This document shows positions 52,146-60,095 of a DNA stretch of 64,000 bases, one piece after another. The stretch's first letter is position 1; every line of letters starts with the position of its first letter. The stretch is from Burkholderiales bacterium (GTDB lineage: Bacteria; Pseudomonadota; Gammaproteobacteria; Burkholderiales; SG8-41): positions 226,748-290,747 of the forward strand of contig CAXNMF010000004.1 in assembly GCA_964203275.1 (NCBI GenBank). Reading direction: 5' to 3'. A program made the position numbers and the translations under genes. Below the pieces are notes generated by a model, which did no database searches, was not told the DNA's origin, and saw nothing but the letters and a program-made list of their open reading frames with translations.

Positions 52146-53645
52146 TCAGGCCGCGCTTCTGCGCAGCTGCGCCATCATCTTGCCCATCAGCGGCCATACC
52201 AGCATCAGCAGGCCAAGGCCCATGATGCTGCCAACCAGCCAGTTCGAGAAAAAGATGCGCACGTCACCCTGCGAAATCAACATCGACTGGCGGAAAGCGT
52301 CCTCGGCCTGGTCACCCAGCACCAGGGCCAGCACGAGTGGCGCTAGCGGGTAGGACAGCTTTTTGAACGCGTAGCCAAGCACGCCGAAAAGCAGCATGAA
52401 CCAGATGTCCAGCATCGCATTGTTCACGGTGAAAGCACCGATGGCGCAGATGACAATGATCACCGGCGCCACGATCGAGAACGGAATGCGCAGGATCGCA
52501 GCGAACAGCGGCACGCAGGTCAGCACGATGATCAGTCCGACGATATTGCCCAGATACATGCTGGCAATCAGGCCCCAGACAAAATCCTTCTGCTCGACAA
52601 AGAGCAGCGGCCCGGGTTGCAAACCCCAGATCAGCAGCCCGCCCAGCAATACCGCGGCGGTGGGCGAACCGGGCATGCCGAGCGACAACATCGGCAACAG
52701 GGCTGCCGTTCCGGCGGCATGGGCTGCTGTTTCCGGCGCAACGATACCCTCGGGCATGCCGGTGCCGAACTTGGCACCGCCTGGTGACATGCGTTTGGCA
52801 ATGCCGTAACTCATGAACGAAGCGGGTGTTGCGCCGCCCGGGGTAATGCCCATCCAGCAACCGATAACGCAGCTGCGCAACGAGGTGACCCAGAATTTGG
52901 GCAGCTTTTTCCAGGTTTCGATAACAATGCGCGTATTGATCTTTGCTGTGCGTCCCTGGAACGAAAGACCCTCCTCCATCGACAGCAGTATCTCGCCAAT
53001 GCCGAACAATCCGATCACCGCAATCAGGAAATCAAAACCGCGCATCAACTCATGCCAGCCGAAGATCAGGCGGAGTTGCCCGGTCACCGTGTCGATGCCC
53101 ACCGCAGCGAGCGCGAACCCGAGCATCATCGCCGCAATAATCTTGAAGGGGGGCTCCTTGCCCATGCCAATGAAACTGCAGAAGGTCAGGAAAAACACCG
53201 AGAAGAATTCCGGTGGACCGAACTGCAAAGCAAACTTGGCGACCAGCGGCGCGAGGAAGGTGATCATCACCACCGCAAAGAAGGCGCCGATAAACGAGGA
53301 AGTGAATGCCGTAGTCAGCGCCTCGCCGGCCTTTCCCTGCTGCGCCATCGGGTAACCATCGAACGTGGTCGCAACCGACCAGGGTTCACCCGGAATGTTG
53401 AACAGGATCGAGGTAATCGCACCGCCAAACAGTGCGCCCCAGTAAATGCATGACAGCATGATGACCGCAGATGTCGGCGGCATGGTGAATGTCAGCGGCA
53501 GCAGGATCGCGATGCCGTTGGCGCCGCCAAGACCAGGCAGCACACCGATCAGCACGCCCAACACAATCCCGATCACCATCAACATCAGGTTGAACGGCGT
53601 CAGCGCAACGGAGAACCCGTGAAATAGGGCGTTGATTTCTTCCAA
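52146..53645 (-). CDS. tctA: tripartite tricarboxylate transporter large permease TctA
   Basis: 499 aa polytopic protein. MEEINALFHGFSVALTPFNLMLMVIGIVLGVLIGVLPGLGGANGIAILLPLTF. Confidence 0.9.
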   Translation of the reverse strand: MEEINALFHGFSVALTPFNLMLMVIGIVLGVLIGVLPGLGGANGIAILLPLTFTMPPTSAVIMLSCIYWGALFGGAITSILFNIPGEPWSVATTFDGYPMAQQGKAGEALTTAFTSSFIGAFFAVVMITFLAPLVAKFALQFGPPEFFSVFFLTFCSFIGMGKEPPFKIIAAMMLGFALAAVGIDTVTGQLRLIFGWHELMRGFDFLIAVIGLFGIGEILLSMEEGLSFQGRTAKINTRIVIETWKKLPKFWVTSLRSCVIGCWMGITPGGATPASFMSYGIAKRMSPGGAKFGTGMPEGIVAPETAAHAAGTAALLPMLSLGMPGSPTAAVLLGGLLIWGLQPGPLLFVEQKDFVWGLIASMYLGNIVGLIIVLTCVPLFAAILRIPFSIVAPVIIVICAIGAFTVNNAMLDIWFMLLFGVLGYAFKKLSYPLAPLVLALVLGDQAEDAFRQSMLISQGDVRIFFSNWLVGSIMGLGLLMLVWPLMGKMMAQLRRSAA

Positions 53646-53672
53646 GTCGCCTGCTCCTCTAAATCAATGCGA

Positions 53673-54206
53673 TCAGTAACCAATAATGCTGAGGGGATTG
53701 ATCAAGCCCTTGAACAACGGAACCTTGAACCAAATTTCGAACATCATGAACGTGGCGACACTGACGGCGATGCCGAGCAGCACGCTCTTGATCCAACTGT
53801 ATTTGCCGAGCCAAACCATGAAAAAAGCAATGTAAGCCACCGACGCGACATAAATGCCGATAATCTGAATGGCGAATACAAATACTGCAGCCGGCACCAG
53901 CACGGAGAGCACCAGCTTGAGCTGATCCCACTCGACGAATACTTTGTGCACCTTGCTCGCCTTGCCGAAAAGCACCTGGCTCAACACGCCCAGGCTGGAG
54001 ACGCAGATGAAGACAGCGATGTAAAACGGAAAATAACCTGCTTCAGGCCCGTCCCCCGCCCAACGAAAACCCAGCCGGACGCTGTCGTACATGATCAGTC
54101 CGCCCAATATCAACAGAAACAGGGAAACTGCGATCTCTGCAGCCCGCACCGAGATGCCTGAGGACGCCACTTCACCGGAAACCTGTTTGTCTTTCATGCC
54201 ATTCAA
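53673..54206 (-). CDS. tctB: tripartite tricarboxylate transporter small subunit TctB
   Basis: About 170 aa with 4 TM segments, lying between tctC and tctA. Confidence 0.7.
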   Translation of the reverse strand: MNGMKDKQVSGEVASSGISVRAAEIAVSLFLLILGGLIMYDSVRLGFRWAGDGPEAGYFPFYIAVFICVSSLGVLSQVLFGKASKVHKVFVEWDQLKLVLSVLVPAAVFVFAIQIIGIYVASVAYIAFFMVWLGKYSWIKSVLLGIAVSVATFMMFEIWFKVPLFKGLINPLSIIGY

Positions 54207-54301
54207 CCCAGCGTGTTAACAATTTTCATGACAAATGGACGCATCCCTGGAGATGCAGCGACCCGACGAGCAGGAAGCTCGTCGGGATGGCACAGCAATA
54301 A

Positions 54302-55315
54302 TCAGGGTTTGGCGAGGAAACCCGAGTCTTTCATCAAACCGTGGTGCAGCGTTTCCGCCTTGCCTACCCAGTCAGCGTAAGCCTTGCCGGTCAGGAAAGT
54401 CTGGTTGAACGCGCCATCTTCCATGAACTTCTTCCACTCGGGCGTGGCACGCACCTTGTTGAACAGGTCAATGTAGAAGCTGACCACGTCCGGTGACACG
54501 CCGGCCGGCATGAAGATGCCGCGCAGCATGACGTAGTCGGTCGGGATGCCGGCTTCCCTGCAGGTCGGAATATCACCCCAGGCTTGCGTGTCCGTAACCT
54601 TGTTCTTGTACGGCAGCCGCACATCGTCAAACACGCAGAGTGCGCGCAGTTTGCCGGCGCGCCACTGCGCCACAGCCTCAATCGGGTTGTTGACGCTGGA
54701 GTTGATGTGTTTGCCGACCAATTGCGTCGCTACGGCGCCGCCGCCCTTGAACGGTATATAAGTGAACTTGACGCCAGCCGCCTTCTCGATCGCTGCGGTG
54801 ACAATCTGGTCCTCCTGCTTGGAGCCGGTGCCCCCCATCTTGAACGTGTTGGGTTCAGCCTTTTTGACGGCATCCAGATATTCCTTTGCCGTCTTGTAAG
54901 GATCTTCAGCATTCACCCACAGAACAAACTGGTCCAGCGACAGCATCGCCACCGGCGTCAGGTCTTTCCAGTTGAAAGGCACGCCGGTTGCCATTGGCGT
55001 CGTAAACAGGTTGGACAGGGTAATGATGATCTTGTGCGGATCGCCCTTGGCTGCCTTGACCTCAAGGAAACCCTCTGCACCGGCACCACCCGATTTGTTT
55101 ACGGGAATCAATGCCTGTTTCATCAGGTTGTGCTTGGCAACAATGCCCTGGATAAGGCGCGCCATCTGGTCGGCCCCACCACCGGTTCCTGCCGGGATTA
55201 CGAATTCAACCGGTTTGGTCGGCTCCCACGCCGCTGCCGGAGCTGCTGTCGAAAAAATACCAAATGCCGCCACGAGCGGCAGTACGCCGCGCGCCAATGC
55301 TCGCTGAATGTTCAT
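54302..55315 (-). CDS. tctC: TctC/Bug-family periplasmic solute-binding protein
   Basis: Has a signal peptide, then KPVEFVIPAGTGGGADQMARL..., typical of the Bug family. 337 aa. Confidence 0.85.
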   Translation of the reverse strand: MNIQRALARGVLPLVAAFGIFSTAAPAAAWEPTKPVEFVIPAGTGGGADQMARLIQGIVAKHNLMKQALIPVNKSGGAGAEGFLEVKAAKGDPHKIIITLSNLFTTPMATGVPFNWKDLTPVAMLSLDQFVLWVNAEDPYKTAKEYLDAVKKAEPNTFKMGGTGSKQEDQIVTAAIEKAAGVKFTYIPFKGGGAVATQLVGKHINSSVNNPIEAVAQWRAGKLRALCVFDDVRLPYKNKVTDTQAWGDIPTCREAGIPTDYVMLRGIFMPAGVSPDVVSFYIDLFNKVRATPEWKKFMEDGAFNQTFLTGKAYADWVGKAETLHHGLMKDSGFLAKP

Positions 55316-55433
55316 ATCACTCCTCCTAATCAGTTAAACGACGGCTTCATGAGTACACCCGTGATACCGCCACGGCCCAACTTTTATTGTGTTTGTCGCA
55401 GCCCATTCTTCCGCATCCGGAGACAGGAAAGAA

Positions 55434-55447
55434 TTGACCGCAATCAA
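55434..55447. promoter_or_regulatory. TTGAC-N4-ATCAA box (TTGA-N6-TCAA) upstream of tctCBA
   Basis: ttgacCGCAatcaa read directly. It lies 119 nt upstream of the tctC ATG (55315). Confidence 0.45.
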
Positions 55448-55475
55448 GATTCCGTAACATCCGGAACCGGCAGGA

Positions 55476-55907
55476 CTACTTCACCAGCAAAACGGGGATC
55501 TCCGAAAGATGGAGCACCTTGGTTGCCACCGACCCCATGATCAGGCTGGACACCGAACCCAGACCGCGCGACCCCATGACGATTTGGTCGCACTTCTTTT
55601 CCTTGGCGTAATTGACAATGGTCTCTGCGGCGTCGCCTACGCCGATGTGGAATACGTATTTGATCCCCGCCGCATCGAGTTTGGCCCGTGTCGGTTGCAG
55701 TGCGGCCATGCCTTCATCGTGGTGATACTGGGCAACCTTGTCGTGCCCGACGGCAGAAGTAACGCGATTGCCGTAAGGCATGGGGTGCTGCACATTCAAC
55801 AAATGAATTTCAATGGGCTGCTTGAACCACTGCATTTTGTCGATCATGTGGCTTACCGCGCGCACAGAGCTCTCGGAACCATCTACCGAAACCAGCCATT
55901 TCAACAT
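55476..55907 (-). CDS. universal stress protein (UspA family)
   Basis: 143 aa. MLKWLVSVDGSESSVRAV...DQIVMGSRGLGSVSSLIMGSVATKVLHLSEIPVLLV. Confidence 0.85.
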   Translation of the reverse strand: MLKWLVSVDGSESSVRAVSHMIDKMQWFKQPIEIHLLNVQHPMPYGNRVTSAVGHDKVAQYHHDEGMAALQPTRAKLDAAGIKYVFHIGVGDAAETIVNYAKEKKCDQIVMGSRGLGSVSSLIMGSVATKVLHLSEIPVLLVK

Positions 55908-55946
55908 GAGATACCTCTAAATCTGTTTAAAAACAATATATTACGA

Positions 55947-56666
55947 TTAAGACTTCTGGTCGCCACTGGCCAAATCCACAACCTCTTTGTGTTCGCCCTC
56001 AGCTTTTGCAGCAAGGAATCTGCCCAGTGCAACAACAAAAATTGCACCCGCAGCCGGTGCCACGTAATGCAACCAGGCCATGTTGGCGTTGACCCAGTCC
56101 TTCACCAGCGGATCGGTAATGGCCATTTCGCCGGCAACCCAGCCGAGCAATGCTGCACCGATGGTGATGATGATCGGGTAACGGTCCATCAGTTTCAGAA
56201 GAAGCGTGGAGCCAAAAATCACGAGAGGAATCGAAATCGCCAGGCCGGCGATCAGCAGGACCATGCTGCCTTTGGCCGCGGCGGCGACTGCAATCACGTT
56301 ATCCAGACTCATCACCAGATCGGCAATCAGGATGGTCTTGATGGCCGCAGCCATGCTGCCGCTCGCCTGAATGCCGTCCTCGCCGCCGTCTTCCGGCAAC
56401 AGCAGTTTCACGGCAATCCACAACAGCAGCACGGCGCCGATCAACTTGAGATATGGCCATTTCAGCATCTCGACCGCAATGATGGTCAGCACGATCCGCA
56501 TCACCACAGCGGCACCGCTGCCCCACATCACGGCCGCTTTTTGCTGCTTCGGCGGCAATGAACGCGCCGCCAGCGCAATCACTACGGCGTTATCGCCTGA
56601 CAAAACGATGTTGACCCCGATGATCTGCAAGAGGGCCACCCAGAACGCGGTATCACCAAAACTCAT
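55947..56666 (-). CDS. TerC-family integral membrane protein
   Basis: MSFGDTAFWVALLQIIGVNIVLSGDNAVVIALAA... and a second ..SLDNVIAVAAAA half-repeat. The start is set at the ATG at 56666. Confidence 0.85.
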   Translation of the reverse strand: MSFGDTAFWVALLQIIGVNIVLSGDNAVVIALAARSLPPKQQKAAVMWGSGAAVVMRIVLTIIAVEMLKWPYLKLIGAVLLLWIAVKLLLPEDGGEDGIQASGSMAAAIKTILIADLVMSLDNVIAVAAAAKGSMVLLIAGLAISIPLVIFGSTLLLKLMDRYPIIITIGAALLGWVAGEMAITDPLVKDWVNANMAWLHYVAPAAGAIFVVALGRFLAAKAEGEHKEVVDLASGDQKS

Positions 56667-56679
56667 GAGAAATTTCACT

Positions 56680-56790
56680 CCCTGAATTGCGCCGATTCGT
56701 CTCTGTAGACGCATTGGCAAAAATTAAAAGTTGCTGCGGTTCTGGCTCCTCCGGACCCGCGATCACTACTCGGAGAATTATAGCGCGAAG
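56680..56790 (-). ncRNA. possible yybP-ykoY (Mn2+) riboswitch-like leader of the TerC gene
   Basis: The reverse strand has a perfect TATAAT (56777-56782). It is followed by cuCCGAGUAGug..., ..UUGCCAAUG.. and ..ACAGAGACG.., which resemble the conserved GGGGAGUAG / UUGACAU / AGAGAC blocks. TerC genes are the classic context for this element. Matched by eye only. Confidence 0.35.
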
Positions 56791-56840
56791 ACCCCGAAAA
56801 AACCCCGCATAAAGCCCGTAATCACCGACGATTCAGGCGT

Positions 56841-58220
56841 TCATCGCGAAGCACCGGCATCCGGCATCACTGCCTGTTGCGCTGCCGCAGGCGGAGCGTC
56901 CCTTTTGTGAGGTTCATGCGGCTCCCAGCCCAGGACCGCCAGCATCACAAAAAAACCAACCACATAGGCCACCGCCACATGCCAGCCATGACGCAGCCAT
57001 AATCCGACCGAACGCGCCTCAGGATACATGCTGGACAGCGCGACGCCGGCACTGGATCCGAACCAGATCATCGAACCGCCGAAACCGACTGCATAGGCCA
57101 GCACGCCCCAGTCATACCCGCCCTGCTTGAGCGCCAGCGCCGTCAACGGGATATTGTCGAAAACCGATGAAATGAAGCCGAGTCCGAACGCCGACTGCCA
57201 CGACGCGACTGGCAGTTTCTCCACTGGCATCAATGATGCACACAACACCAGCGACAGCAGAAAGATACTGCCCTTGAAGGCTTCGGGCACGAGATTCCAT
57301 TGCGGCTTGCGCAGGGGTACGCACACCAGAATGGCCATCCATACCGCAACGCCGATGAACGGGAAAGCATCGGAGAGATGATTGAAGTGCAGATTGACCG
57401 TGACATTGGTGATGACCGCAACCACCAGGATGAAGGCCACGATGCCGAGACGCGCCCAGTCGACTGGCGCATGCCGACCTTCATTCTTGACGATTGGCGA
57501 ATAACGCTGCTGTTGCAAAGACGCCGGGATACCGAAAACCACCAGCGCCGCTACGGCTGCCGCATATGCATGCAGCACATCGCGCGGATCAACCCCGTCC
57601 AACCACATCATCGTCGTCGTGGTGTCACCAACCACGCTGCCTGATCCTCCGGCATTGGATGCGGCGACAATCGCCGCCAGATAACCGATGTGCACCTTGT
57701 GACGGAATACCGTGGCAGCAACGGTGCCACCGATGAGAGCCGCAGCGATGTTGTCTAGAAACGCCGACAACACAAAAATCATCAACAGCAGGACAAAACA
57801 GCCCTTCCAATCATCGGGCAGGAAACGCGGCAGCACCTGCGGCAGGTGGCTTTTCTCAAAATGGTTCGACAGCAGCGCAAATCCGACCAGCAGTCCGAGC
57901 AGGTTGGTCAGAATGACCCATTCATGCCCGAGATGGGCGACGAGGCCGGCCACACCATCACCGGTCTTGAAGCCTGTAAACCCGAGCTTGTACAGCGTGA
58001 TCACCGCCAACCCGGTGAGGGCTACGCGCAAAGTATGTTTGTGGAACAGCGCAACCCCGAGCAGGGTCAGTGCAAACAGGATGAAATCAACAGGGATGCC
58101 GAATACCGCCGGATGCTCGCCGGTGGACGCCAACGCTTCGCCGCTGAACAAGACGGCAGCAATCCCAACGGTGACCGACATGGCCATGAATTGCGATCCT
58201 GCACGAGCGTTTTTCTGCAT
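56841..58220 (-). CDS. ion-transporter-superfamily permease (ArsB/NhaD/CitMHS-like)
   Basis: About 460 aa with at least 10 TM segments. It has motifs such as FLDNIAAALIGG and SVFDNIPLTALAL in two half-repeats. The start is uncertain (58220 MQKNARAG.. or 58187 MAMSVTV..). Confidence 0.65.
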   Translation of the reverse strand: MQKNARAGSQFMAMSVTVGIAAVLFSGEALASTGEHPAVFGIPVDFILFALTLLGVALFHKHTLRVALTGLAVITLYKLGFTGFKTGDGVAGLVAHLGHEWVILTNLLGLLVGFALLSNHFEKSHLPQVLPRFLPDDWKGCFVLLLMIFVLSAFLDNIAAALIGGTVAATVFRHKVHIGYLAAIVAASNAGGSGSVVGDTTTTMMWLDGVDPRDVLHAYAAAVAALVVFGIPASLQQQRYSPIVKNEGRHAPVDWARLGIVAFILVVAVITNVTVNLHFNHLSDAFPFIGVAVWMAILVCVPLRKPQWNLVPEAFKGSIFLLSLVLCASLMPVEKLPVASWQSAFGLGFISSVFDNIPLTALALKQGGYDWGVLAYAVGFGGSMIWFGSSAGVALSSMYPEARSVGLWLRHGWHVAVAYVVGFFVMLAVLGWEPHEPHKRDAPPAAAQQAVMPDAGASR

Positions 58221-58352
58221 GCCTCCCCCGTCTTTAACGAGCCGCAGGAACTCCGCCCTGGCGCAATGTTGCAGACCCTGCAACACAATCCAGATTTTCT
58301 GTATTGACTGATGCGGCAGCCCCGGCTGAAGCAAGAACTGCCGCAAAACCAA

Positions 58353-60027
58353 TCAGAACAGCCCGATTACCTTGCCATCATCGGTCAAGTCAATCTTCTC
58401 CGACGACGGCACCTTGGGCAGGCCCGGCATGGTCATGATGTCGCCACAGATCATCACGATGAATTCCGCACCGGCAGCCAGCCGCACTTCACGGACGTTG
58501 ACCATGTGACCGCTCGGCGCACCGCGTACGCTGGCATCGGTCGAAAACGACGACTGGGTTTTTGCCACACACACCGGGTAATGGCCGTAACCGGCTTCCT
58601 GCAGTTCCTTGATGCGGTTTCGCACCTTGGAGTCCGCGGAAATGTCGGCCGCGCCATAAACCTTGGTCGCGATCTTTTTCATCTTGTCCCACAAGGTGTC
58701 GCTGTCTTCGTAAACAAAGGTCGGGCTCGACTTCTGTTCACACAGCTCGACCACGATGTTGGCCAGCTCTGCGGCGCCCTTGCCGCCCTCGCCCCAGTGG
58801 TTCGCCACGACAACGCGCGCGCCGAGCTTGGCAATGCGGTCAGTGAGCAGATCCATCTCGGCCTTGGTATCTGCGGTGAAGCGGTTGACCGACACCACGC
58901 AGGGAATGTTGTAGACGTTCTTGACGTTGTGAACGTGGCGCTCAAGGTTGACCAGGCCTTTTTCCAGCGCGACCAGGTTTTCCTTGTTGAGGTCTTCCTT
59001 GCCGACGCCGCCGTGGTGTTTCAGTGCGCGCACGGTGGCGACAATCACCGCAGCAGCGGGCTTGAGGCCGGCCTTGCGGCATTTGATGTCGAGGAACTTC
59101 TCGGCGCCGAGGTCGGCGCCGAAGCCGGCTTCGGTCACAACGTAGTCAACCAGTTTCAGCGCGGTCTTGGTGGCGATCACCGAGTTGCAGCCGTGGGCGA
59201 TGTTGGCAAATGGGCCACCGTGGATAAACGCGGCGTTGTTTTCCAGCGTCTGCACCAGGTTCGGCGCCAGCTGGTCTTTCAGCAGCACGGTCATCGCGCC
59301 ATGCGCCTTCAGGTCGCGCGCGCGCAAAGCCTTGCCGTCGCGGGTGTAGCCGAACACGATATTGCCGAGACGCTCTTTCAAATCCTTCAGCGAGGTCGCC
59401 AGACAGAAAATCGCCATGACTTCGGAGGCCACAACAATGTCGAAACCGTCTTCACGCGGATAACCGTTGGCGGTGCCGCCGAGGGACACAACGATATCGC
59501 GCAATGCGCGATCGTTCATGTCCATCACACGCTTCCAGGTGATGCGGCGCGGGTCGATGCCGAGTTCATTGCCATGCGTAAATGTGGTTGTCGATCATCG
59601 CGGCGAGCAAGTTGTTCGCCAGTGCGATGGCACCGAAGTCACCGGTGAAGTGCAGGTTGATGTCTTCCATCGGCACGACCTGGGCGTAACCGCCGCCGGC
59701 CGCGCCGCCCTTGACACCGAACACCGGGCCCAGCGAGGGCTCGCGCAGGCAGATCATCGCTTTCTTGCCGATGTGGTTCAACGCATCGCCGAGGCCCACG
59801 GTGGTGGTCGTCTTGCCTTCGCCGGCGGGCGTCGGGCTGATCGCCGTAACGAGAATCAGTTTGCCGTCTTTTTTGTCTTTCAGGCTGTCGACATATTCCA
59901 GCGACACTTTGGTCTTGTAGTGGCCATAGGGCACCAGATGTTCTTCGGGTATGCCCAGCTTCTGCGCAATCTTGTTGATGCGCTCCATTTTTGCCGCCTG
60001 GGCAATTTCGATGTCCGACAGTGCCAT
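58353..60027 (-). pseudogene. fhs: formate--tetrahydrofolate ligase, one frameshift
   Basis: [26 protein letters not shown]...[14 protein letters not shown]...AAMIDNHIY is followed in another frame by [30 protein letters not shown]...[10 protein letters not shown]... Removing the extra base at about 59577 (TAC-G-CAT GGC AAT GAA) restores the frame. The 1675 nt span minus 1 gives 558 codons. GGAGAGGA Shine-Dalgarno sequence lies before the ATG at 60027. Confidence 0.85.
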
Positions 60028-60095
60028 GTTGATTCCTCTCCTGAACAAAAAATAATTATTGGTACCCGCGTCTGCGAGCCTCGTGTTTTACAGCC

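Noticed and set aside
56790-56810. gaccccgaaaaaaccccgc downstream of the permease gene, read as a terminator hairpin.
   Set aside because: The two G/C blocks are direct repeats (CCCCG...CCCCG), not inverted, so no stem can form.
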